This document shows, piece after piece, positions 10,464-23,098 of a DNA stretch of 64,000 nt. The translations under genes and the position numbers were made by a program. The DNA is from Bigelowiella natans CCMP2755 (taxonomy: Eukaryota > Protista > Cercozoa): contig ADNK01001574.1 in NCBI GenBank assembly GCA_000320545.1, forward strand, positions 1 through 64,000. Direction: 5' to 3'. The first letter of the stretch is position 1. Each line of letters starts with the position of its first letter. The notes below the pieces were generated by a model. That model was not told where the DNA came from. It saw nothing but the letters and a program-made list of their open reading frames with translations, and did not search any database.

Positions 10464-11966
10464 TTAGATGAATTTTTCCCCGAAGGTCACGGCGTGCAAT
10501 CGAGTCTGATCACGCAAGTTTTTGAAGCTCTCTCTTCCATGCAAGACTCTGTAATTGTCAACCAAAACAACATCGCCTGGTTGCATCAAGATTTTTACCT
10601 CGTTTTTTTCAGTTAGTTCGACGATGTGATCTAAATCATCTTGTGAAATGTATGAGCCATCGGCATACACAGCCTTACTTCGTGCACCGATCGAATTTTG
10701 AAATTTTTTCTTCCACTGTATTTTGTCTCCTTCCCATAGGTGGATATTGTTGAACCATACTACTTCCCCTGTATCCGGGTGACGGTTAATAGGACTTTGT
10801 TCCTCCAACAAAATCTCGTAGCGCCATATATCGGTAAGAATTTGAGGGGGACTTGTAGGATCTTGCCATCCGTCTGGGGGAGGTTTGAAAAATGCACGCG
10901 AAGTAAATTTGGGATTTACAAAAGAGTTCCACTTCCAGTCAAAATTTTCTGGCAGGACTTTAATCGCCCAACCTGCGAACACGTTGAACACTGACTGAGG
11001 TAACCACAGGCCATACACTTCTGCACTCCGAATGCGTTTCTGATACAGACGCTTCAACAAGTTTCGGTCCATTTCTCTCACCATTCGCATACCGTCTAGA
11101 ATACGAAATTCTCCACCCTCACAAGCAGGCTGAAAGCAAACGAATGCACTAAATTGGGGCATCTTGGGTTCCTCGATGTATTCGTCGTAAAGATTATTTC
11201 TGGGCGCATAATCGGATCTGTCATGATGAAGACCTAACCCAGCTGTGTTTGGTACCACTTTTTTTACTTCGTTGTCCAACGACTTTCTAGCTGCCAAAGG
11301 GTCTTTGCATGCCACCAAGCCAAGCTCTTGAAGCACATTACGATATCCTTCGACATCTTGCGCGACACTTTGTGTCTTCAGAAGAACAGCACCATGCTCT
11401 TTCAGCTGTCCCAGAATTTTATCCTTGTTATTACCAATCTTGGCCAGCTGCATCTTTGCATCATCGTTTTGAGTTATGGAGAGGTCGCTCTGGCTTAGCA
11501 CCGCAGGGAAATTCGTATCAAACGAGCGTGGAATATTGTCAATGTTGATACCGTCAGTATCCCATTTGATTGAAGGACAATCAGGAAGCTTCTGATACCT
11601 TGGGTCATCCACTTTTAGCCTAGTAACGCCAGGTACAAATGCTCGAGTTTTGGTGAAACTGGCTCTTTGCTGGATGGGAGCGGATGATTTCTTCTGTCGG
11701 TGCAGCGAATTACCTTTAATCATTTCTATATTCTCCATTCTTCGACTAGAGAAACGAATTATCCTCCCGCTGAGTCCACGTCTGGCTTGGAATTCAACTT
11801 GGGCCAGAGGTGTTGTCGCGGAAAGCTGTCGCTGGTCTTTGATTAGACAAAAAGGTATAGCGATGAGTAGTATTCCGATAAGGGTGAAGAATCCCCCAAT
11901 GGAATGTGATCGCGAGCATCCCCTTAACCCTGCTCGCCGTCGTTGAGAAGGCAGAAGAGGATGCAT
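10464..11966 (-). CDS. TauD/TfdA-family Fe(II)/2-oxoglutarate dioxygenase with bipartite (signal + transit-like) leader; intronless
   Basis: HGAVLL, LHHD (HxD), FVCFQPACEGGEFRILDG, VWFNN, YADGS and QPGDVVLVDNYRVLHGRESF are present. The N-terminal hydrophobic stretch FFTLIGILLIAIPFCLI is followed by an R/S-rich region. Confidence 0.92.
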   Translation of the reverse strand: MHPLLPSQRRRAGLRGCSRSHSIGGFFTLIGILLIAIPFCLIKDQRQLSATTPLAQVEFQARRGLSGRIIRFSSRRMENIEMIKGNSLHRQKKSSAPIQQRASFTKTRAFVPGVTRLKVDDPRYQKLPDCPSIKWDTDGINIDNIPRSFDTNFPAVLSQSDLSITQNDDAKMQLAKIGNNKDKILGQLKEHGAVLLKTQSVAQDVEGYRNVLQELGLVACKDPLAARKSLDNEVKKVVPNTAGLGLHHDRSDYAPRNNLYDEYIEEPKMPQFSAFVCFQPACEGGEFRILDGMRMVREMDRNLLKRLYQKRIRSAEVYGLWLPQSVFNVFAGWAIKVLPENFDWKWNSFVNPKFTSRAFFKPPPDGWQDPTSPPQILTDIWRYEILLEEQSPINRHPDTGEVVWFNNIHLWEGDKIQWKKKFQNSIGARSKAVYADGSYISQDDLDHIVELTEKNEVKILMQPGDVVLVDNYRVLHGRESFKNLRDQTRLHAVTFGEKFI

Positions 11967-12596
11967 CCGACGAGGGACCCTACTTCAGTTCCCAAAGAGG
12001 ACGGACGACGTGTGACTTCAACAAATATGTGTGCGACATTAATTCGTTTCTTTTTCACTGAAAAATGACCTTCTAAATTTCATCGATAAACAAGAACAAA
12101 AATTGAACTGAAAACATCAGCAGCAAGAAGCGCAACTTGAACGATAGACCTAGGCAATGTCGTTTTCCCTGTTTTAGATGTTCTGACTAGTTTATTCTTG
12201 TCGCAGGGAAGATTAACATGAGATTTCCCTCCGGCTTCCCGTTTCCCTGAAATTTCCCGGTCGGGCTCGATTTGGATGAATTCACTTTAACTACTAACGC
12301 CACGACGCCACGAGAGGTGATGTCACTGTGAGCCATTATCCGTATGAGCACCTTCAGACTTAAAATGTAATGAAAACCAGAAATATCATTAAAATCGAGG
12401 TAATTCTACTGTGCATCAGCTGGACATTTCTTGATTGTTGATTTACATTGTCTATCAACGTCGACATCGACATTTTTATGTGTCTGAAAAAGTGAAACTA
12501 GAACTGTAATTGCAGAAGGACTGGAATGGAGGAGGCAGTGATACCACATAATTCAAGTGAGCAAATACTCTGCAACTTCGCACAAGCCAAATAATC

Positions 12597-13151
12597 ATGG
12601 GAGCTAAAATCAGTCAACTCTGGAACAGCATCTTCGGAAATCAGTCAGTACGCGTTGTAATGGTTGGATTGGACGCCGCAGGAAAGACGACTGTACTTTA
12701 TAACCTGAAACTCGGGGAAGTTGTGACAACGATTCCCACAATTGGTTTCAACGTAGAGAGAATAGAGCATAAGAACCTGGATCTACAAGTCTGGGATATT
12801 GGTGGGCAGGATAAGATAAGACCCCTGTGGAGACACTATTATCAGAACACCGACGGCGTCATTTTTGTTGTCGACTCGTCTGACAGAGAAAGGGTTGGGG
12901 CTGCTAAGGAAGAGCTTCACAAGACCCTACTACAAGACGAATTAAAAGATGCAGCTGTTTTGATTTACGCAAACAAGCAAGATCTTCCAAGAGCCGTGTC
13001 GACAAGAAAGCTAGTGAAAGAGCTTGGGCTTGATAAATTGCAGAATCACAACTGGCATGTGCAAGGAGCCTGCGCTACGACTGGAGAGGGTCTTGTGGAG
13101 GGAATGGACTGGCTAGCAAACACATTAAAGAAAACTGCTAAAAGTAGATAA
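12597..13151 (+). CDS. ARF: ADP-ribosylation factor family GTPase (divergent ARF1-like), intronless
   Basis: MG myristoylation start, [37 protein letters not shown]. Confidence 0.97.
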   Translation: MGAKISQLWNSIFGNQSVRVVMVGLDAAGKTTVLYNLKLGEVVTTIPTIGFNVERIEHKNLDLQVWDIGGQDKIRPLWRHYYQNTDGVIFVVDSSDRERVGAAKEELHKTLLQDELKDAAVLIYANKQDLPRAVSTRKLVKELGLDKLQNHNWHVQGACATTGEGLVEGMDWLANTLKKTAKSR

Positions 13152-13754
13152 AGAACAATAGGCATTTGTCACAGTTAGCACTGCTACCATTATGATGAAC
13201 GTGATGTGCAGCAAATGAGCACAGAAAATTCCGTACCACTACATGTTATAACTTGATTAGAATAATGAATCGCTTCTGGAAAAATCCTACTCTGTGAGCA
13301 TGTGTAGCAAGCCTACCATATACTTCTAGGCCATGATGTGTAAATTCATTTACGTGCAAGCAGATCGAGCAAACGGAAGTCTGCTCGACTCAGCGCATGC
13401 TGCTAGCATGAGTAGATTATAAGCAGTTCTGCATAGAAGTAGACAACGCTAGCACATTGTGACAACGCGCAAGTTGAAATGATGGCGCATGCACTCAGCA
13501 AATCAGCAACACCACAATGTATAACAATTTGTCATGATCTGCCCCTAGCTAGCTAGCTAGATCGCAATACAGCGCGACATGTGCAGGAGGTGTGTGCATC
13601 GATGATGCTTTCATACTATTGTTCATTTCTACATCGCATCAACCATGAACATTCTTTTCAAGCTTTAAAACAATTTCGTCACGAAGTCAGATTCCACAAA
13701 CAGCACCTGTAGCGGAATGCCACAGATTGGAATGCATGGAGTCTTCGATACAAT

Positions 13755-16122
13755 TCACTTTTTCTTTCCACGTGACTCTTTTCTTCTTCTTCGACCACTT
13801 GAGGGCGATGTTCTATCATTTTTGGCAGAGATAGACTTTTCTTTGCTCCGATTCTTCCGTTCTCCCGTTCTCCTTCCATCTCTCCTCTTTTCTAAACCAT
13901 TTTTTCTAATCCTGCTACTTTTGTCATTGGCACCATCGCCATCATTGCGGACAATCCTGGCCATTTCTGCCGCTTCGTCATCAACGATGTCTGCTTTGCT
14001 TTCACTGTCATCATTTGAACCCCCCCCCATCATGCTGTATTGCTCGGAAGTGACAGGTGCTGCGTCTCCCTCCCCGTTCTGGTCTTCTTCACCACCATCA
14101 TTCTGCTCGCCTGGCACTTGCCTCATCCATGAAAGCGATTCTGAGTCACAACCCCAATCGTGTAAAAGTTTGGCGGCCTGAATTGAAAGGAAAAAATAAA
14201 TGTAAGCAGGATGATAAGTAAAGGTTCCTAAATCGTGTGTTAAGATCTACTGAGCGATGTGAAACTTCATTTTTCTTGCGGTTAGGTAAAGATAGCGACA
14301 ATCAAACGAACTATTATGTACAGCAATTTTCCAATGATACGCGCCACTGCATTGTTCTTGGTACTGTTTTTTCCCTAATAACTAATAACTATTCACAGCT
14401 TCTATAAGAATAACTATGCTACTTCTACCCTGTAGAAGACTCACATGTGCTGGTGTAGTTATGGTATGCACACGGCGAAATCCTTCCTTTGTAGTTGGCA
14501 CTTCAAATTTCTTCTTGAAACCGGTCATAATACGCTGCAGCTTCTACATATAAAATAAATACATTTGTATTCAGCAACAGCATTTGATATGAGGATGCTA
14601 AATAACGATTTAATTGATGGTGGAATGATGATGGTATTGGTAGTGATGGTGATAATAAGAAATAAGGTAATAATGCTGGTATTGACAATATTGTAGACAA
14701 CAACCGATAAATGGGTGCCTTGCTTTATCGTAGGGTGATTATGACGCTTTTGCATTCTAGAGATACAGGTCTGATGCAAATAATGATGACAAATGTGGAA
14801 ACATTGGTAACAACCATTGATATTTTCACAACCCACCAACCATCTAATCTACCTCGATCGGCGTATTGAAAAATACAGCTGTGGAATCTTTTGGCTTCCA
14901 CGCAAGTCCTAACCTGCGACACATAAACAGAATTGGAGAAAACTTAATGGTGATGAATCCAAGTTAAATTGGATGGAAACCGACACACAAACAATAGAAT
15001 TCAAACTAGTATTGTATTTGAATGCCCTCTTTCACTGCACTGTAATTAAACAATAGAAACAATCAATAATAGTATTTACCAATATTTTCTATCCCTAGCC
15101 TCAGGGTTGCATCGATCTAGGATGACCTTGACAAGAACAACAGCAGAATGGAAGGTATAAGCGCCCTCGAAAACCAAAATTGTTCATGAACATAGCAGCA
15201 GCGGCAACACCCTATTTTTCCGGTCTTTTGCCAATCTGCCGATCAAATCTTCGCATGTTCTCCTAGACTTTACTTCATCTTGAGACACGACCTTGCATGT
15301 GAAGGTATACAATGAATAAAATACACAGAAATACCATACTCCGTACACCGCGTCCTTAGTTATCTCTACTCACATTCCACTTCTTCTCGCTCCAGTCCAA
15401 ATCGTTTAACTTAAGTAATTCGTTGCGAAAGGTCGATTTTCCTTATGAATGAATTGGGCAAAAAATGTCAGATGGATATGTGGTGGGAAGTATTCACTGT
15501 TTTGTATTGATAGCGAAAATTATCCAAGGTGACAGAGTGGTTGTTGATCTGAACAGTTTGCTACCAGATCCTGGAAAGCCAACAAGCATTACAAATGATG
15601 GCGCACTTTTGGCTCTGGCCTAATTCAAAGGTATCAAAGTTTAATTTGAAAATTCGCACGTTTATGTTGAGAATTTCCACCACAGAGAGCACCTTCTGTG
15701 CTCGGATTTCTGCCCTAGACTTTACTGTCTTGTGGTCGCCTCCTTTCTACAAAGCAGTGAATATTTACCAGAATAGAGATGTAAAATGAATAGGATTCAC
15801 CTCATTCTCTGCCCTTTTGTTGATTGTCTCGCTTTCCCTAGCCTACGAGCAGACAACAAAGTAGCAGCGACGGTCTGGTCTTTCACCTCTCAAACAACAA
15901 TTTACAACGAGCTTCATAACCTTCGTTGGACGTTGCATAGCTCAACATACCCGCTCAACATATACCTGAATTGTTGGTCTCGCAGGGGCGGCTTTCACAG
16001 ATTCCATGCCGCCTCTGTGGCTGGATCGTCACCGGTTCCGATGGTGGTGAAAAATGGCAAAAAAGTTCCTCGAATTTTCGGGTGAGGATGGAGATTCTGG
16101 AGATTTCATGGAGATTATCCAT
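13755..16122 (-). CDS. Multi-exon AAA_33 / polynucleotide-kinase-like P-loop protein with disordered basic tail
   Basis: Spliced reading gives FVMLVGFPGSGKSTF, VVSQDE, VILDRCN..RDRKYWLGLAW, VFFNTPIETCISRMQKRHNHPTIK and FEVPTTKEGFRRV. Exons are bounded by GT-AG. N-terminal exons are less certain. Confidence 0.85.
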
Positions 16123-16284
16123 GACGGATATCTCGAGATATCGATTAATCTCGAGAGATCTCCAATGATGAAAGCCAAAAACACGAACGCTCTCCCGCGC
16201 CGGCACCCTACCAGCCAGCATCAGGGGCTGTGAATAAGCTTTCCAAAAATGGCGGTGGTCTTTCGGAGAACATAGTCCTTTCTA

Positions 16285-17785
16285 ATGGACGATTGCCTGC
16301 CCTCCCTGCCCTCTTCCCAAGATACGAACCATCGTGAAAAGGAAAGGTCCAAGGCAGACCGTAAAACAGAGTGTCGGTCAAAGATTGAGCAGACTTCTTC
16401 GAATGGCCTTGAGCAGAGAGGCAGTTCCACAAAGAATGAAGTGAAAAATCTTATTGAAACGAAGCGTCACTCAAGATCCAGCGATGCAAACAGTGTTGTC
16501 GATGCCAATAGTTCTGGTGAACAGGGTAAGAAGTGAGATAGATAGACGCTTCATTATCGCTCAACACACATATCCAGCGTTCATAATAGCTATTACCGAT
16601 TAGATGGAAAAGATAAAACGAATGGTCATATCGATGGAACAGCGGTGAAGCGGAAGAGCTGCCATGTTGAAAACAATTTTGAAGGTAAGATTTATTCTCA
16701 AACGACGAAATACCATTATTCTCATAAAGTTTCCTCAAATATTCCAGAAAGCAGCAGTTCGTCTAGCTTCGAGGATGGGTTCGCAATGTTGCGGCGGATT
16801 CAAAAAAAGGGGAAAAAAAAGGTACGCAATCTGATTATTCGGAAACTTGTTTCAATTCCTTCCTTCGTATGCAGGGAGGGAAGAAGAGCAAGGTCATTCG
16901 AGCAAATAGTGGGCCTCAGGCTTCCCAAAACGTGCAGCAGCAGGTTTTCCTTCGCTACACAAGAAAGATGTTGCACTAGTCCTTATGAAAATGTTGGTGT
17001 CGAATTAGCCCCAAAAGGAAGAAGAAACCAGTCGCTGTCCGATCTGCTTTGACCAATGGCACACGTATGTCTCCTTTCCCCACGATACCGCTCGAAATAT
17101 TGCTTTAAGCTTTTCGTCTCCATTCTCCAGGGCTGGCATTCATCGGATATGTGTCTTAAAATGTGGCCATTTATTTGGGAAAATCTGCATAGAGAAGGTG
17201 CGAATGATGAGTAGAATTTGTACACTGAAACGAGGTGGTGGCAAATGATTCATTGACCTGTTTCCCACCCACCTAAAGTGGATCAGGAAAAACCATAACT
17301 GTCCGCAGTGCAAGAAAAAAGCGAGAAAGAACGATCTCCGGTGATAGAATATCTTTCAGAAAATGGGCAATTTTCCTCGTGAATTCCTGAGTCTCCTTCA
17401 TTTGTTTCGTTTGTTACTCGCTTAATACAACGTAAGGCTGCTATTTGCAACGAATATACGCGCGGAAGACACAAGCCTAAGAGAAAAGCTCAAAAGAGAG
17501 GTTAGAGTTGGAAGTCTCCTAGTTATAATGCCATCATTGGTGAAAGTCATTGTCGTGAGTATGGAATGATTGATGAATACGGGGATTTCTTTGCCAGAGC
17601 ACTGCGCGACGTCAAGCCGAGTGGGATCTGAAGCTAATAAGTCGAAAATATCGTGTTCTTAAGGTAAGAACACGACTACTGCAGCCTTGATTCACCCTTA
17701 TTTCCTCATTCTGGAACAAACTAATACAGAGAAATACATGTTGTTTTCTGTAGTTGAGTAAAGCAAGTATGAGTTTGATCACATG

Positions 17786-17821
<36 letters not shown>

Positions 17822-18700
17822 TGTAGGCTAAATATGCTCAGCTGCAATGGATCCAAAACCATGCCACTGGCTTCACACCTATTGCTGCCAGCATTGGAGA
17901 AGGAGAAGAAGAGCAGCACTCCTCTTCTCGCTCTATTCATCCTCCTCCTCCTCATCATCATCATCAGCAGCAGCAGCAACAACAGAGAAATCGGAGTCAG
18001 GTGCTAATACCGGAAGATGGTACTACTGCTACTGCTGCTGCTGTCAAGCCCGCTTTCACAGATACTACGACTTGTTTAGAGGTGGAGGGGGACACAAAGA
18101 TATTAATACATGATGAGCCAAAAGAAGGAGGAGGAGAAGGAGGAGGAGGAGAAAAACAGGAAAGGGATCATCATCTGGATGTGGAAATTGAGCTATCACA
18201 ATACAAGCTCTGTGCTACTACTACTGCTACTACTACTACTACCACTACTACCACTACTACTGCTGCTTCTACTTCAAAAACGGAGAATACTGATGATATT
18301 GTCTGGAGAAGAGGGCAAGAAGGGGGGGGCATCATCGATTCTAAGAGGATAATATCGGAACAGGGGAAGATGGTTTCTTGTAGTGAAAAGCATCATGAGG
18401 CAGTGTCGTTACTGAAGGAAAGAATGGCTAACAACGCTGCCGTGAAGAAAGACCGTTGCACACGATCGACGGTAAGAGTTCTTCCTTCAGACCAAACAAA
18501 GGCAATCGCCGTCATTTCTTCGATCCCTCGTGACACAAACAACGCTTCAGTAGCGAAGGGGAAGATCAATGATAATGCTGATGATGCTGGGAAAGAACAA
18601 AATAGAAAGAATTACTACCCGAAAATTCCCTCCGCTACCGGTGCAAATAGGTTACAGTACCGACGAATTGCTATGTTCCCTTGCAAAGGTTCTTAGGTTA

Positions 18701-18732
<32 letters not shown>

Positions 18733-19043
18733 ATAATGACTTGGGACTATTTAGCGACATAACTGCCTGCTCCTTCCCTCTTGTCTTCTCCGCTCCTCCT
18801 CCTCCCCCTTTTGAATTTGATTATTGCTTGTCGTTCACCAGGATCTAGGGTGCTGGCATTCGAGCCTACTGGCAGCTCAGTGTTGATATCTGCAAGCAAA
18901 AACGACGGTGTTGCTACTTACTTTCTTACTTACTTACTTACTTACCCAAATTACAGATATGCTCTTAATTCAACTGTATGATCAACATTGTGATTCTGCC
19001 TTTGCAAGATGGTAGAGTCATGGTACTCATCACTCCATTGTTG

Positions 19044-19085
<42 letters not shown>

Positions 19086-20280
19086 ATATGCTAGTGCATT
19101 CCGTGTCTATATTGTATGCTGCACATATTTGTATGTCGTCGTCATCATCAACATATTTCACACAACTCCTATTTCTAATCAATCAGGAGGGAAGAAACGA
19201 ATGATACCGCATAGTAGTAGAGGCAGTACTTACAGGAGTAGCAGCAGCATATCTGCGTCATCATCATCGTCATCGTCGTCGTCATCATCATCATCATCAT
19301 CATACGGAATTTGCCGTGTAAGCATTCTGGACTCAATGCATCGAGAATACATCGGCATTCATTCCAAGCCTATCCGCGGCCTATCGATATGCGAACAATG
19401 TCATAACAACCCTATTTTCATCTTCCTATTCTTCCTTACCCCCTCTTCTCGTCGCTGTTGCTGACTGCAAAATCAAAATATTGCGCAATTCCATACATGA
19501 CCGATAGCGAGACTAATGGCTATAACCACCACGCGCATCACCATTTCTTTGCTGTGTGCCCTCGCACACTCTATTATTCGGAAAGCGTGAATGACCTCAG
19601 TATCTCTTACTGTATGGTGTCTACCACAGCCTGATATATAGTGTTGACTGTCTCTTTTACTGTATGGTTTCTACCACAGCCCGGATGGTGCTAACTGCTG
19701 GATTTGATAAGAGACTTGTGGTGACAAAGCTTTCAGCTAAATCATCGGGTAAGAAGTAGTAGTAGTAGTGGTGGTGGTGGTGGTGGTGGTAGTAGTAAAA
19801 CGAGCTATAATACCTTTTGACCATCCCTCCCTCAGAAGAAGCAGCAGCCACTACGTGTTGTCGTAGTAACCACAGTAGCAATGATATGCATGCATGCAAG
19901 GGAATGCTATCTAAGCTGTTGTCGCATAGCGTATATGGTAGTAAGATCTGTATGATAAGGATGATGATGATGATGATGATGGTGATGATGAAATTGCGCG
20001 TGTATTATCATCATCATAAATTGCAACAACATCAGTTGTTGAATTTCGTACCGGGCCAAAGAAACCGTGGTCTTGCACGTGGGAACCGAACTCAAGGTAG
20101 TACACGTACTACTGGATTTTTGCAGGGGATAAGAGAAGGAGGAGGAAGAGGGGGGGGAGAAGCAGGACGTGTGAAACAGCCCATAGCGTCTCGACTATCG
20201 CTATATATCCTACCAATAATAATTGATAGAAGGATCATGTTCATCATCATGTTTAAACATTGTCGTTGTTGTTGTCATTG

Positions 20281-20315
<35 letters not shown>

Positions 20316-21564
20316 TATCGTGTATTAATACTACTCCTACTACTACTGCTAATATGACTATAGACATGGACTTTTCGCTGGCCTTGATTCTGGAAAGGTG
20401 TGCTCGTAAGGAGAAAGAAGGAAAGAGGGAGAGGAGATGGATGGGGAGGATGAGGAGAGAGAGAGAGAACAAAGCAAATATTTCAATATCTTTATATTTT
20501 TTCCTTGCTCCATTCACCCCCCCTCCCCCTTCATCTTCCCAATATCTCTTTTATTCTATTATCCTATAAAAGATCGTAGGATTCGATTGTCGTAAGCCTG
20601 GAAAGGTGCTTCATTCTCTTCAATGCCCCTCTAACAAGCCCGTGCATACCGTGATAAGGATAAATCACAACTGGGGTGAGCCTGAAGGTATCGTCATCAT
20701 CATCATCATCATCATTAATCATCGATGGGAGGGTGATGAAGGAGGAGGAGGAGGAGGAGGAGGAGGAGGAGGAGGATGCTTCAATGATAACGATAATATT
20801 TGCACTCATCCTCTATTGTTCTCTCCCAACGTTTGTCATCGATATGATTTCTCTATCTCTCTGTCCTACGAATAATTGATTGTGATGAATCTGATCTCAT
20901 AATGCATGATAGGTATTCTGGCTGCGACATACGATGGTGCCTTTCTCCTGGCGAATGAGGTGCTGCTTTTCCTACTTCTTTGCTTCCTATAATTAGAAAT
21001 CGTACTGCTAGTGCGAGTCGATCGAGTATAAGTAGCTAAATCTTCTCATTGCTGATGGTGATATTTGGGATGATGATGATAGGAATGATGATGGTCGTGA
21101 TGAGGATGATAGTAGTGAATGTGATGATTCAGGACTTTTGTAAGGATTCGTCGTGTAGATGGAACAAGGTGCTGCAAGCAACAGGACAGGTGTTGTTCTT
21201 CGAGATCATTTTCAAAATAAATGGTGATAATGATGGTGACGATAATAACGCTAAGCTGTTAACTCTTCTCCTCTCGCTCAATATCAGCATATTGATGCTT
21301 GTGCTGGCTCATTTCCATTAATGATTTTCATTTATAGAAGAATTGCAGCACTGCAAGCGTGTGCGTATGTCTCCTCGGTCACTGAAGGCACCTGATCATT
21401 CTCTCTTTTTCTTTCTCTATTCTTTGTACGAAACATCGTCATATCAGATTGTAGGACCTGCCAGCTTCGACCCGCATACAGGATCATTGTTACTATCTGT
21501 AAGAGGGGGAGGAGGAGGAGCCAACGGTACGATTGGTATTTTGATAGAATCATACTGTCAAGAG

Positions 21565-21599
<35 letters not shown>

Positions 21600-22450
21600 A
21601 TGATTTATTGTGCGTTTTGCAGGGCAATGTGCACAAAGCGACGTCGCAAAGAACCTTGTCTATCGGATCTCAAGCTCTCCCAAGTAATTGCAAATCGTCA
21701 AATGCATGGTTTACTCGTGCTCAATTCTATACTCCTCCTGACACGTGTGTGCGCATTGTAGGCTTCATTTCGAGAGGGTTGCTTGCTACAGCGGCCATTC
21801 CAACCAGGTTGGGGACCGCCAAATATTGGCAGAATTCTACAAAGTCTCTTGTTTCTCTGCTTTGATATCGAAAATCATCTTGTCCAAGGCGAAACAATCC
21901 ACACCATCATCATCATCTTCTTCTTCTTCATCATCATCATCGTGTTAGGTTGTCATGACTAGACCAGCCATATTCGCATTAGAAGACATCGAGAACGTGG
22001 CCGACGGTGCGTGCTGTGTCTTTGAAAACTATCCGTGTTGAGTTAATGAAAGAGCTTTCTGTTGTGCAGGAAAAGGGGGAAGGCAGTATATTGTTGCTGG
22101 GGCTGATGATGCCTCGAGAAGTGCTTGTGTTTGGGACTCTTCGCATAATCATCCAATTCAGGTAGTGCTTGGTAGATGTCACTGGAAGATAAATAGATCA
22201 TATTACACAGTATGCTCTCACAATAATAAGATCGTCATCAACACCCAGAACAAGAACATCAACAACAACAAAAACATCAGCAACAATCGGTTGAGAGTCT
22301 CAGTAACTAACATTTCTTTCCATAAATGATTTTCAGCGTTTAACTGCTCATCCAGATCACATTCTCGATGTCGCTGCGGAGCCTAGCAATGCTCTACTTG
22401 GGAGTTTGAGCGATAGCTTATGCACGATATACAAGAGTATATTGTCTTAA
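16285..22450 (+). CDS. RFWD3: RFWD3-like RING + coiled-coil + WD40 E3 ubiquitin ligase (multi-exon)
   Basis: Spliced RING: CPICFDQW..GIHRICVLKCGHLFGKICIEKWIRKNHNCPQCKKKARKNDLRLLFA. WD exons: GSRVLAFE, IHSKPIRGLS, VLTAGFDKRL, VAGADDASRSACVWD, DHILDVA...GSLSDSLCTIYK*. Confidence 0.9.
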
Positions 22451-23098
22451 TAGAAAAATGAATTCATACTCATTGTTGACTACAATTAATGCACATGTGC
22501 TCTATTGGCGGAAGCAATGCAAGAACAACAATGATGATACCGTATAAGCTAATCTAGTAATAGATAAGGCCCTGCTCTGCTCGTCGTCCCGATTTCGATC
22601 TCAATTTATGTAGCAACAACAATTAACTAAATCATACGCTACGCGATGAGCAGCTCAACATTACGTCCGCCAACATATAGTCTCGATGTGGGCAAAGCGT
22701 TTTGCGATCAAAATGCAGGCGGCTTGTCACATATGATGTCTACTAGATTTCGCCATGTATTACATATATACACATCTCGGCTTGCCCAGTGCAACTTGCG
22801 TATGTTGCGACGGTTAGAATTCTGCCTTCGATCAACGCCTAGCTGCTAGCATTGGATGTATGCTGCACGTTATATCTGTATATGCTCTAGTGCTTTCTAG
22901 ATTGCATACTACGGTCTATTATCAATTTTTATGGGAAGCTTTGCTTATTCGTGGTTACATTTTTATGCCATATTGCGGACACCAAATAAAATTACTACTT
23001 CCATTAGTTTGCATTGAGGCAACTACAGAGTATACATCACATAGACTGTAAAATCAAGTAAAGCAATAGCGCTGCACGTATCATCTTTTTATGGGGTT

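Noticed and set aside
14700-14722. Apparent GC-AG donor (AAG|GCACCC) in the kinase gene
   Set aside because: Extending the exon to TCG|GTTGTT gives a canonical GT donor and an in-frame join (TIKQGTHLS-KLQRIM).
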